Positions 29,009 to 39,871 of a stretch of DNA of 64,000 bases are shown piece by piece. A program made the position numbers and the translations under genes. The stretch is from Chloroflexia bacterium (GTDB lineage Bacteria > Chloroflexota > Chloroflexia > QHBQ01 > JADMIH01): assembly GCA_034437815.1 (NCBI GenBank), contig DAOTTC010000072.1, forward strand, positions 15,041 through 79,040. The letters run 5' to 3'. The first letter of the stretch is position 1, and each line of letters opens with the position of its first letter. Under the pieces are notes generated by a model. It ran no database searches, was not told the DNA's origin, and was given only the letters and a program-made list of their open reading frames with translations.

Positions 29009-30645
29009 ACGTCCGTCGCACAAATTCCACCAAGGCTCTCATATCCACGATAGCTGGGTTCTCGGCGCTGGGCTTTTTCATCATGGCGCTGGTCTACTGG
29101 GCGGTGCTTGCCACCCCCACGTTCAGCTTCAATATCTCGCAATGGGACTGGACCCTGCGCACTCTGGTGATCGCCACCATCATCAGCTTCAGCATATTCC
29201 TGCTGGTCTCGCCTGAGGCCATAGGGCAGGCCGCAACAAGGCGCTCCACGCGTCTCACCGCCAACGCCTTCGTGGCCTCGCTCATCGCAGTAGCCATCGC
29301 AATCGTGGTAAACGTAATCGTGGAGGGCGTGCCCACAGCGCGGGCCGACCTCACCGCCGACCAGCAGTTCACCCTATCCGAGCAAACCAAGAAAGTGCTG
29401 CGCAGTCTGGACGAACAGAACCGCAGTGTCAACGTTCTGGTGTTCGCCAATCCCACCAGTGCCCAGAGCAGGCAGGAAGCGGAAGATTTGCTGAAGGAGT
29501 ACCGCGCCCACACCTCGCGCCTGTCCTATGAATTCGTGGACGCCATCAGGGAAAGAGCACGGGCTGCCCAGTACGGCGTCAACCGTCTGGACGTTGCGGT
29601 GTTCGTGGAAGGCACCAAGCGCGAAATCGCCAACAGCTACACCGAGCGCGAGTTCACCAGCGCGCTGGTGCGCCTCGGTCAGACCAAGCCCAAGCGGGTG
29701 GCCTTCCTGACCGGGCACGGTGAACGGGACCCCAATGGGTTCGACCAGTTCGCTTACGGTCAGGTAAGGCAGTCCTTGCAGGACAATAACTACGTAACAT
29801 TGTCGTGGAGCCTCGTGACATCGCCCACGCTGACGCTGGAGCAGGCCGATGTGATAGTTATAGCGGCCCCCATGCGCCCCTACACCGACAAAGAGCTCCA
29901 AGCCGTAAAATCATACCTTGAAAACGGAGGGCACGCCTTGATCCTGCTCGATCCGGCTATGCCCGCAAACGTGCTCCAGCAGATGGCCAACCTGCTCGCC
30001 CCATACGGCGTGGTGCCTGTGCATGGTGCCGTGGTGGACCTCAACAGCAACCTCAGCCCACAGGAGCCTACCTTCCTTTACGTCACGACCTACCCCGGCT
30101 CGGAGATAACCACCGACTTCTCGCAGAACAACCTGCCCACCGGCTTCCCTCTCTCCTTGGGCTTGAATATCTCCACTACAGTAACCACCTACACGATAAG
30201 CCCGGTGGTGCGTACTTCTACGGGCATACCTCAGAGCTGGCTGGAGACCGAGCCTAACAGTCAGGTGTGGCAGTACACCGAGGGCAAAGACGTGGCCGGG
30301 CCGGTAAATATCGCGGTGAGCATCGCCCCGGCGGATGCGTCCACTCCGGTCACCGATACCACCAAGCCCCGGACCCGCATTGTGGTGTTCGGCGATGCCG
30401 ATTTCGCCGCCAACCTGTTTGTGTCCGAGCAATTCCCCCTCCTGAACACAGACCTGTTTGGCAATGCGGTGTCGTGGCTGGCCGGAGCCAACGAACTGGT
30501 GTCCATCCGACCCAAGGACCCCGGCACACCGCGCACTATCAGTCTCAGCACCGGCGAGCGCGGCATGGTGTTCGTTACCACGGTGCTGGGCCTACCCCTA
30601 CTCGTACTGCTCATCGGAGCTTACAACTGGTGGAGGCGCAGGTAG
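29005..30645 (+). CDS. GldG-like ABC transporter auxiliary component (ABC_transp_aux family)
   Basis: 546 aa with an N-terminal TM, a large extracytoplasmic domain and a C-terminal TM (VLGLPLLVLLIGAYNWWRRR). This is the typical GldG architecture, found directly after the GldA/GldF-like genes. Confidence 0.6.
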   Translation: MNVRRTNSTKALISTIAGFSALGFFIMALVYWAVLATPTFSFNISQWDWTLRTLVIATIISFSIFLLVSPEAIGQAATRRSTRLTANAFVASLIAVAIAIVVNVIVEGVPTARADLTADQQFTLSEQTKKVLRSLDEQNRSVNVLVFANPTSAQSRQEAEDLLKEYRAHTSRLSYEFVDAIRERARAAQYGVNRLDVAVFVEGTKREIANSYTEREFTSALVRLGQTKPKRVAFLTGHGERDPNGFDQFAYGQVRQSLQDNNYVTLSWSLVTSPTLTLEQADVIVIAAPMRPYTDKELQAVKSYLENGGHALILLDPAMPANVLQQMANLLAPYGVVPVHGAVVDLNSNLSPQEPTFLYVTTYPGSEITTDFSQNNLPTGFPLSLGLNISTTVTTYTISPVVRTSTGIPQSWLETEPNSQVWQYTEGKDVAGPVNIAVSIAPADASTPVTDTTKPRTRIVVFGDADFAANLFVSEQFPLLNTDLFGNAVSWLAGANELVSIRPKDPGTPRTISLSTGERGMVFVTTVLGLPLLVLLIGAYNWWRRR

Positions 30646-30648
30646 CAG

Positions 30649-31404
30649 ATGGAACGCTACAGAACAACGCTTATTCTGCTGGCGGTGTTGGTAGTTCTGG
30701 GGGCGCTGGCATTCTTCTTGAACAACCAAAGCACAGCCACCAATGTTACACCCACACCCGAACCCACACAATACGTGTGGCGAGATGACAACCAAGTGAT
30801 AGGCATTGACGTGCTGAGCGGTACCCAGAAGGTGGCGCTTCGCAAGAACGTCACAACCACTATCTGGTCTATCATCGAGCCGGTGCAGGCAGAAGCCGAT
30901 GGCTTCGCGGTGGGTAGTGTGGCGGACCGGCTCAAGGAACTGGAGGCCACGGCCATCATCAGCAATGTAACCGACCTGAGCCAGTACGAACTGGCCGCGC
31001 CGGGTCTGACTGTAACGGCTACTTTCAGCGATACCCAGAACACCCGGCGCACCATCCAGATAGGGGGCACTACGATTGATGGCGCGGGCTATTATGCGAA
31101 ACAACCCGACTCCAATGTCGTGTACGTGGTGAGCAACGCACTGATCGAGCCGCTGAAGAGTTGGCTCACCACACCGCCTGAAAGGCAACCGACGCCCACG
31201 CCATTGCCGCAGGCCACCATCGTGCCACCCCCGACCAACACGCCGCTGGGTGCGGGTACACCTACAGGGGCCACGACGACCACGCCGGTCACTGGCACCG
31301 TCACTATCACGAGCACGGCCATAGTCACTGGCACAACAACCGTCACGGGCACAGCCACGCCGGGCACCCCTGCCACAAACACAACGCCGACCGGCACGCC
31401 GTGA
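30649..31404 (+). CDS. DUF4340-like protein with an N-terminal TM and a Thr/Pro/Gly-rich C-terminal tail
   Basis: Position immediately after a GldG-like gene, a short N-terminal anchor (TLILLAVLVVLGALAFFL), and a low-complexity T/P-rich C-terminus. Confidence 0.45.
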   Translation: MERYRTTLILLAVLVVLGALAFFLNNQSTATNVTPTPEPTQYVWRDDNQVIGIDVLSGTQKVALRKNVTTTIWSIIEPVQAEADGFAVGSVADRLKELEATAIISNVTDLSQYELAAPGLTVTATFSDTQNTRRTIQIGGTTIDGAGYYAKQPDSNVVYVVSNALIEPLKSWLTTPPERQPTPTPLPQATIVPPPTNTPLGAGTPTGATTTTPVTGTVTITSTAIVTGTTTVTGTATPGTPATNTTPTGTP

Positions 31405-31858
31405 GGTGCACACGAGCAACTATGTCATGTGGTTGAAGGGGTGGGGGTATTCTCCAATTCTCCCCACCCCACCCCACCCCACCCACTGCTCATAGCAATG
31501 CTATGGACAGTGGGTTATGCGGTGCCTACAGCTTTGGCTATGCGCTTTTGGAACCGGCCCTGCCCCTGCCCCTGCTCCTGCTCATGCACGTGCAGTAAAG
31601 TAAACGAGCTGAAGCCCAACCGGCATCGGGAGGACATGGATGCGGGCGGGACGCCTGCGCTCCGTACACCGCATGGCTGCCCGGCCAAGGCCTTATGCCA
31701 ATTCACCATGAAAAGGCTATAAATCTGAGGGGATGGGAAACCGGGTTATACCCCTTCACCCCGGGACTATCCGCCCGCGGAAACGCGCCCACTGCCCGAC
31801 CACTAAGTCCCAACCCGCGACGTTCGCGCTCCTGATCCTGTATGCGGTCGTCGAAGGG

Positions 31859-32596
31859 TCAGCTCTGCCGACGGCGCGACTGGTCGTACAACAGATACAC
31901 GCCAAGCGCGATAAGCGCCACAGGCCACAGTTTGCCGATTATCCACGCCTCAGATATGCTGGACACGATCAGAATGCCCCCCGGGATGAGCGACCACCAG
32001 TGCCGGCGCTCCAACAGCCATATCAGGCAGAAGCCGAGGCCCAGTGTGAAAGCGCTCAGGTCGCCCATGCCCCACAGCCTCAGGAACTCGAGGTTCTCCA
32101 GAGCCTCGCCCACACCTATGCCGAGCAGTATCGCGCCGGGGATCAGAAAGCCTATGCGATAGCCTGCTCTGGTGTTGAAGTAAGCATACATGAGCAGCCC
32201 GCCCACCAGCGGGGGTATAAGGTTGCCTATATTTTGAAAGATGGCGAGCTGTTGCAGCAGGAAGATCAGGCCCCCGCCTATCAGAATGATGCCCAGTATC
32301 GTCCGGTCGCGGTAACGGCGGTTCACGACCGCACCCGCCTGTGTGGGTGGTGTGTGGGTAGCGCCGGGGGGCGAGTATGGGGAAGACGCTGAAGAAGACA
32401 CGGGCGCATATGCCTGCCCGGCATAGGGGTTGTGGTACGCGCCCTGTGTCGACCCCTGCTGCCCTGCCGGGGTTGAGGCCGGCGCGGACTGTGTGCTGCC
32501 GGGGCCTTGCTCCTGCCGGGGCGGCAAGTATCGCGTGGCGTTGGGGTCAATGCCATATGGTGGCGTATCGCCACTATCCGGTGTATACGAAGCCAT
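31859..32596 (-). CDS. Membrane protein with a Pro/Tyr/Gly/Ser-rich N-terminal region and a LiaF-N/DUF5668-like TM domain
   Basis: Repeated W/LIPGG...LWPVALIALGVYLL motifs. Confidence 0.35.
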   Translation of the reverse strand: MASYTPDSGDTPPYGIDPNATRYLPPRQEQGPGSTQSAPASTPAGQQGSTQGAYHNPYAGQAYAPVSSSASSPYSPPGATHTPPTQAGAVVNRRYRDRTILGIILIGGGLIFLLQQLAIFQNIGNLIPPLVGGLLMYAYFNTRAGYRIGFLIPGAILLGIGVGEALENLEFLRLWGMGDLSAFTLGLGFCLIWLLERRHWWSLIPGGILIVSSISEAWIIGKLWPVALIALGVYLLYDQSRRRQS

Positions 32597-32848
32597 ATTG
32601 CCTCCCTGTTATCACGGCTGTGCTTATCGCTTATACGTTACACCAGCTCTTTTTGAAAGGCTGTAAAAAGGAGCGAATACTATCGGAGGACGCATATACC
32701 CGCCGGCAGGGGTGCTCCCCTGCCCCCCGATATTTATCGCATGACGATTTGGCATTACGTGTTAGCACTCATAATCTTCACAACCCATGTACGCACAATG
32801 CAGGCTGTGAGTTGCAGTTTGGTTTGAGATTGCAGGTCGCTAGTCTGC

Positions 32849-33469
32849 TTATTTCTGGTACAGTCTGTGGGCTTCGATGTAGTGGCGCACCGCTTCGGGC
32901 ACGCGGTAGCGTATAGAGCGGCCTTCGGCCACCCGGCGGCGCAGGTCTCTGGACGATATCTGGATCAGGGGCGCATCCACCCAGTCTATGGCGTTGGACA
33001 GTGGGGGCAGTTGGGCTTGCAGCAGGTCCATGTCCGGCTCGACGCCGGGCCGGCGCGCCACGGCCAGCCGCGTGAGCGCAAGGATGCGCTCTGGGTCGCG
33101 CCACTGCGGGAATGTGGACAGCGAATCGCTGCCCAGTATGAACCACATCTGCACCTCGTCCGGCTCGCCCCACTGCCGGCGCAGGTGCTCCATCGTGTCC
33201 ACCGTGTAAGATGGGCCGGGGCGGTCCAAGTCCACGCGCGACACGGCAAAGTAGGGGTTGCCTTCCACAGCCAGATACAGCATAGCCAGCCGGTGGGAGG
33301 CCGAGGCTACAGGCTTATCGGGTTTGAGGGGTTGGGCGGCCACCGGCACGAACAGCACCAGATCGAGGTGCAGGGCCTCGCGCACCGTGTCGGCCACGAT
33401 GAGGTGGGCCATGTGCACTGGGTCGAACGACCCGCCCATCACGCCCAGCCGCCGTACTGTAACAGCCAT
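32849..33469 (-). CDS. nadD: Nicotinate-nucleotide adenylyltransferase NadD
   Basis: The (H/T)xGH-type motif GGSFDPVHMAHL, 206 aa. Confidence 0.8.
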   Translation of the reverse strand: MAVTVRRLGVMGGSFDPVHMAHLIVADTVREALHLDLVLFVPVAAQPLKPDKPVASASHRLAMLYLAVEGNPYFAVSRVDLDRPGPSYTVDTMEHLRRQWGEPDEVQMWFILGSDSLSTFPQWRDPERILALTRLAVARRPGVEPDMDLLQAQLPPLSNAIDWVDAPLIQISSRDLRRRVAEGRSIRYRVPEAVRHYIEAHRLYQK

Positions 33470-33523
33470 AGAAAAAATACCCCCTTCAAGGTTGAGGGTC
33501 GAGGGCCGGCAACCGGGGCGACC

Positions 33524-34297
33524 TCAACCCTGCACCGTCACGTCGGCGTCCGAAAACCGGGTGCGCAGGGCTTCCACCACCTGAGAGGTGACCTGAGCGC
33601 GTGCAGTGGCCGGCACCCAGAACTCCAACCGTAAATTAGCAACGCCATCCTTCACACTTTCCAGCGCCACCACGGGGGCCGGTGTGTGCGCTATGTCCTC
33701 GAAGTTCCTGAGCAGTTCGTTTATCTGCTGGCCGGTGCCGGTCACACTGCCCTGCCTGATGCCCACCACCAGCACCTGACGCCTGAGCTTGAACGCCGAG
33801 CGGTTGGTCACTACCTCAGTGAGCACCGTGTTGTTGGGTACCACTACCTGCAAGTTGTCGTCGGTGCGCAGGATGGTGGTACGCAGTTCTATGCCCTCCA
33901 CCGTGCCCGTCACTTCCTTGACGGTGATGCGGTCGCCGATGCGGAAGGGCTGTTCCATCAAAATGTAGGTGCCTGCGATCACGTTTTTAAGCAGGTCCTG
34001 CATGGACAGGGAGATCGCCAGCCCGGCCACTCCCAGCACCGTGACGATGGCCGCAGGCTCCACCCCGAATATGGGCAGGATGGTCAGCACGCCCAGCGCC
34101 ACGATCGCCACCTGCAAGATGTTGCCTATCAGGTTTGCAAGGTTCAGGCTGACCCGTGCCCGGCTGAAGAAGCGGATAGCCCATATCTTGGCGAAGCGGG
34201 CCAACGTCAACGCCACCACCAGCACCAGCATGGCGCGTATCACGTTCAGCAGGCCCTGAACCACGGGGTCGTTGAAATCGAGGGTGGGGATCAGCAT
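33524..34297 (-). CDS. Small-conductance mechanosensitive channel (MscS family)
   Basis: Three TM helices plus the MscS beta-domain (FRIGDRITV...GTVEGIELRTTILRT). Confidence 0.8.
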   Translation of the reverse strand: MLIPTLDFNDPVVQGLLNVIRAMLVLVVALTLARFAKIWAIRFFSRARVSLNLANLIGNILQVAIVALGVLTILPIFGVEPAAIVTVLGVAGLAISLSMQDLLKNVIAGTYILMEQPFRIGDRITVKEVTGTVEGIELRTTILRTDDNLQVVVPNNTVLTEVVTNRSAFKLRRQVLVVGIRQGSVTGTGQQINELLRNFEDIAHTPAPVVALESVKDGVANLRLEFWVPATARAQVTSQVVEALRTRFSDADVTVQG

Positions 34298-34325
34298 TGC
34301 ATCGCGTCCGTTTTGATCTTCCGGT

Positions 34326-35432
34326 TCACATGCCGATGTAGCGGGCCACCAGACTGCGCGCCTGCACCACGTCCTGCGTGCCCTTGACTATCACGCGCCC
34401 ATCGGGGAAGATAGTGAGTTCGTGGCGTCCATCGTCATCGCGTGGGCGCAGGCGGATCAGGTAGTCGCCGACCAGCATATCTCCTACTCCCCCGGCGCGC
34501 AGGCGCTCGCCCAGCGCGGTCAGGTCCACCCCTACCTCACTCTCTACATTGGACAGGCGCACCTGCACGGCGTCGCGCCCGCACAACCTCGCGGCGTCGC
34601 GACCCCACGCCTCGCCTCTGAGGAAATCCAGCCTGTGCTGGCCGCACGCCGGGCACAGGGGGTTGCGGGGCACCTCGATGCGGTCCCACGTGCCCGCCCA
34701 CAGGTCGGCTGTGAGTATGCCCTGCGTGGCATTTGGCCGCCCGCCCACCAGCAGTTTGATTGCCTCGGCGACAGCGATGGAGGCGATGGCGTGGGCCGCA
34801 GAACCCAGCACGCCCGCCACGTCGCACGTCTCGACACTGCCCGCAGGTGGGGGGTCAGGGAACAGGCAGCGCAGGCAGGCCGTATCGCCCGGCACCACCG
34901 GCATGACCACCCCGCTCGTGCCTATCACTGCCGAGTATACCCACGGCACGCCCAGTTCGATGGAGAGGTCGTTGAGCAGGTAGCGCGTTTGCAGGTTGTC
35001 GGTGCCGTCCAGCACCAACATCAGCGCCGGTCCGCGAGCGTCGGAGGGGGCAAGCAGGTCGAGGGCGTTTTCAGGGGTGAGGTCGGCCACGCACGGCTCG
35101 ACCGCCACGTCCGAGTTGATGGCCTCGATGTGGCGGGCGGCAGCCACAGCCTTGGGCAGGCCCTCACGCACGTCGGCCTCGGTGTACAGCGACTGGCGCT
35201 GGAGGTTGTGCAGTTCTAGGTAATCGCGGTCAATCAGGCGCAGGGTGCCCACGCCCGCCCGCGCCAGCAGTTCGGCCATCACCGAGCCGAGCGCCCCCAC
35301 GCCCACTACCACTACACGGGCCGAGCGCAGTTTCTCCTGCCCCTCGTGGCCTATCGCAGGCAGGACGACCTGCCGGGAGTACCGAGACTCCCCACCCTCT
35401 TCCACTACCTTTTCAGAGAAGCCGAACATCAC
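34326..35432 (-). CDS. ThiF/MoeB/HesA-family E1-like adenylyltransferase with a ~100-aa C-terminal extension
   Basis: Rossmann nucleotide motif VVVVGVGALGS, RQ..L, CxxC...CxxC zinc sites, and an extra C-terminal region. Confidence 0.7.
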   Translation of the reverse strand: MMFGFSEKVVEEGGESRYSRQVVLPAIGHEGQEKLRSARVVVVGVGALGSVMAELLARAGVGTLRLIDRDYLELHNLQRQSLYTEADVREGLPKAVAAARHIEAINSDVAVEPCVADLTPENALDLLAPSDARGPALMLVLDGTDNLQTRYLLNDLSIELGVPWVYSAVIGTSGVVMPVVPGDTACLRCLFPDPPPAGSVETCDVAGVLGSAAHAIASIAVAEAIKLLVGGRPNATQGILTADLWAGTWDRIEVPRNPLCPACGQHRLDFLRGEAWGRDAARLCGRDAVQVRLSNVESEVGVDLTALGERLRAGGVGDMLVGDYLIRLRPRDDDGRHELTIFPDGRVIVKGTQDVVQARSLVARYIGM

Positions 35433-35433
35433 C

Positions 35434-36828
<1,395 letters not shown>

Positions 36829-37159
36829 GCAGGCTCTTTCTAGAGCAGATGAACATCTTTTCCGCTCGTTCTGCTTGTACTTAAAGTATACCACGACGTG
36901 CCGAGAAGCGCCTGCTGTGAGAGGGCCTGAGGCACATCGGCGAAACCCCTATACCCACACCACAAACCCCACATCGCTTCGTGCAGAAGGAGGGGTAAGA
37001 CCTTGCCCTCCCGCCCCACCCCAGACCTCCGCCCTCTCTTCTTTGGCCCGGGCCACCGGCACATGTGGATATGCGCACCCCCCAAGCCGCTACCGGCTAC
37101 AATAGCCTACGCTATAACAGTGCAGTAGCTTGCCCACCTGATGTGTACCGGAGGGTGAC

Positions 37160-37711
37160 ATGACGTTCAACTGGCGATTGGCGGGATTGCTCATCTGCGA
37201 AGCGGCAGGGCTGGGGGCGCTGGCTCTGCTGGTCAGCTATTTACCGGCACTTAACCCTGCCGATATGTGGTCTCCGAACAATTTAGTGGCATATGGATTA
37301 TTGTTTGCAGGGCCACTGTTGGTGTTCCTACCTCTCAGCCTCGTTCTGCGGTTGGGACCGGTGTGGCTGTTGGGAGCGGGGTCTTGGGCACTGCTGGGTT
37401 ATGTGCTCATTTTCGTGCCCGCCCCCGATCGGGATAGCGCCGATTTTCTCACCTACGTGGCCTTGCTGGCGCTCATCTTCGCGGCCCTGACATCGTTGCT
37501 GGCTCTGCCGATGGGCTTGCTCGGCAAAAGATTGTTGCCCATCGCCGGTCCGGCGGAGGTCATGCGCGCCCTGCGGCAGGGCGGCCTGCTGGCGCTGTTC
37601 GTGGTCGGCCTGCTGGCTATGTCCCCCCTCGGACTGCTCAACTGGCTTAATGCGTTTCTGCTGTTCACCATAGTTGCCCTCACCGAGTTCTTCTTCCTTG
37701 CGCGAGATTGA
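37160..37711 (+). CDS. Hypothetical integral membrane protein (4-5 TM helices)
   Basis: Hydrophobic composition; no recognizable motif. Confidence 0.35.
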   Translation: MTFNWRLAGLLICEAAGLGALALLVSYLPALNPADMWSPNNLVAYGLLFAGPLLVFLPLSLVLRLGPVWLLGAGSWALLGYVLIFVPAPDRDSADFLTYVALLALIFAALTSLLALPMGLLGKRLLPIAGPAEVMRALRQGGLLALFVVGLLAMSPLGLLNWLNAFLLFTIVALTEFFFLARD

Positions 37712-37719
37712 ACCATAAC

Positions 37720-37795
37720 GGCACCTTGTGCACAATAAGAGGATGAGTTTAGGGAGGGCCAAGCCCCCTCCCTCTTTTATTGCGCACAAAACGCC
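37720..37795. repeat. Palindromic dispersed repeat, family 2 (~75-bp complete copy): GGCACCTTGTGCACAATAAGAGG...GGGAGGGCCAAGCCCCCTCCC...CCTCTTTTATTGCGCACAAAACGCC
   Basis: Nested inverted repeats. Related copies occur at 11160-11265, 21036-21100, 24832-24935, 26885-26975 and 54178-54230, sharing TGCTGCTTCATGGCACTTTGTGTGCAATAAAGGAGGGGCTTGGGG / GCATAGCCCTCCCGGC modules. Confidence 0.7.
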
Positions 37796-38001
37796 ATAAC
37801 GCCATGAAGTAGTGTTAGGAGCCGATGTGGGCGTGCGCCCGAATCGGGTATAATTTATTGTGCGGGATGAGCACGCCATGGGCACCCCGCACCCCATGAA
37901 CAGCGAATGTGGAACAGTGCAGTAGAGACATTACTGCCGGTATGGAGCCAGCACGGGCACATGCGCTGGCTACCAACCACATCATTGGAGTATCAACCGG
38001 C

Positions 38002-38769
38002 ATGAGCGCAGCAGTTAGAGAGCATCTGTATAAAACCGAGGCCATCATCATCAAGCGCATTGACCTCGGCGAGGCCGACCGCATATTGACCATCTTCACG
38101 CCACACCTCGGCAAATTGCGCGTGGTAGCCAAAGGTGTGCGTAAGATCACCAGCCGCCTCGCCGGGCACGTGGAGTTGTTCACCCGCAGCCAGATGCTGC
38201 TCGCCAAGGCCCGCAATCTGGATATTGTGACCCAGAGCGAGACAATTGACCCCTACCGTCTCTTGCATGAGGACCTGTCGCGCCTTGCTCATGCCTCTTA
38301 TGCTGCCGAATTGCTGGATGCGTTGACGCCGGATGAACTGGAGAACTATCCGGTGTACAGACTTGTGGTAGAGACCTTCCGGTTGTTGTGCGAAGACCCC
38401 GACCCGGACCGGGTGTTGCGCTGGTACGAGCTGCAACTGCTCGGTTACATGGGCTACGCACCTGAATTGACCCGGTGTCTGGAATGCCACAAGGACCTTA
38501 CGCCTACCGTGAACGGCTTCAGCCCCGCGCTTGGGGGTGTGATATGCTCGTTGTGCCGCCGCACGGGCGTGGGACGCGATGTATCGGTGAATGCCCTCAA
38601 GATATTGCGCTTGATGCAGCGCAACCCTTACAGCGTGGTGAGCCGGGTGCGTATCAGTCGAGCCCTGCATGATGAGTTGCAGGCGCTTACCCAGACATAC
38701 ATCACCTATATCTTGGAGCGCGAGCTTCGTTCTGCCCAATTCATCAAAGGGGTGAGGGCTGAGGCGTAA
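38002..38769 (+). CDS. recO: DNA repair protein RecO
   Basis: An N-terminal OB fold (EAIIIKRIDLGEADRILTIFT...GKLRVVAKG) and a C-terminal zinc site (CLEC...CSLC). Confidence 0.75.
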   Translation: MSAAVREHLYKTEAIIIKRIDLGEADRILTIFTPHLGKLRVVAKGVRKITSRLAGHVELFTRSQMLLAKARNLDIVTQSETIDPYRLLHEDLSRLAHASYAAELLDALTPDELENYPVYRLVVETFRLLCEDPDPDRVLRWYELQLLGYMGYAPELTRCLECHKDLTPTVNGFSPALGGVICSLCRRTGVGRDVSVNALKILRLMQRNPYSVVSRVRISRALHDELQALTQTYITYILERELRSAQFIKGVRAEA

Positions 38770-38904
38770 ATCGGCGGCTTTTGGCCCGGCACCCATCCAG
38801 CTTGCGTAGAGCAGGCTCCGCTTTATGCCCGCACGTGATGAGCACAACCCTGCCGAGTTTATGGGGCGCGGTGGTCGTCGTCCCCCGAAGCACCATATTA
38901 CATC

Positions 38905-39690
38905 TCAAGTCTGGCCGATGGCGGCTTCTATTTCCTCGATATCGAGTACTTTGCCGTTCACATCGCCCGCGCGGTCGGTACACAGGTAGGCTATCACGCG
39001 GGCAGGGCGTTCGGGTGGGGCCAGCCAGCCACGCTGTTTGTAGGCCAGAAACATGCTGCGTAATTCGGCGGGCATGCTTTCGGGGGGTCTGCCGCGCAGT
39101 TCCTGCTGCATTGGTGTGTCTACTACCCCCGGGCGCACCGCCACCGCGGTCACGCCTGCAGGACCTCCTTCTGCGGCCAAGATGCGCGTGAAGTGCTCAA
39201 GCGCGGCCTTTGCCACGCTATAAGGGGCCATGGCAGGCACGGCAACCGCCGCCGACCCCGATGAAACGTTGATAATGCGGCCCCAACGCCGCCGCACCAT
39301 GTCTTTCAATGCCTCGCGCGAGCACAGGAAGGCCCCGGTCAGGTTCACGTCAATGGCCTGTTGCCATTCGGCCAGCGTGAGGGCCACGATGGGTCGGGTG
39401 GCTCCACTCACCCCGGCGTTGTTCACCAGAATATCCACCCCACCCCAGCGCCTGCGCACGACCTCGAAAGCGTTGACTACGTCTCGTTCCCGGGCGACGT
39501 CCGCACCGATGGCCATAGAGCGTGCTATGCCATAATGCTCGCGGATCAGCAGGGCGGTCTCCTCTACTTCTTTGAGCGTGCGGGCAACCGCCACCACTCT
39601 GGCACCCAGCTCTGCAAGCGCAAGTGCCGTAGCCCTGCCCAACCCGCGCCCGCCGCCCGTCACAAGGGCCACTTTGCCCTCTAGCTCCAT
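38905..39690 (-). CDS. SDR-family oxidoreductase (short-chain dehydrogenase/reductase)
   Basis: TGGGRGLG Rossmann motif, NNAG, and the S..Y...K catalytic triad. Confidence 0.8.
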   Translation of the reverse strand: MELEGKVALVTGGGRGLGRATALALAELGARVVAVARTLKEVEETALLIREHYGIARSMAIGADVARERDVVNAFEVVRRRWGGVDILVNNAGVSGATRPIVALTLAEWQQAIDVNLTGAFLCSREALKDMVRRRWGRIINVSSGSAAVAVPAMAPYSVAKAALEHFTRILAAEGGPAGVTAVAVRPGVVDTPMQQELRGRPPESMPAELRSMFLAYKQRGWLAPPERPARVIAYLCTDRAGDVNGKVLDIEEIEAAIGQT

Positions 39691-39871
39691 TGCTTTCCCC
39701 TCTCATATCATCGAATTGAACGCAGCCATGCGCCTGTGGACGCTTGCATGTGCATGCTCCCGCGAACATCTTAGCATGCTCGCCTATCGCTGTCCAGTGT
39801 GCATAGCTGACATCCGGTCATGAATGCCTCGTCATGCGTGACGGCAAGGGCGTGGAGGTACACGCAGGGCC

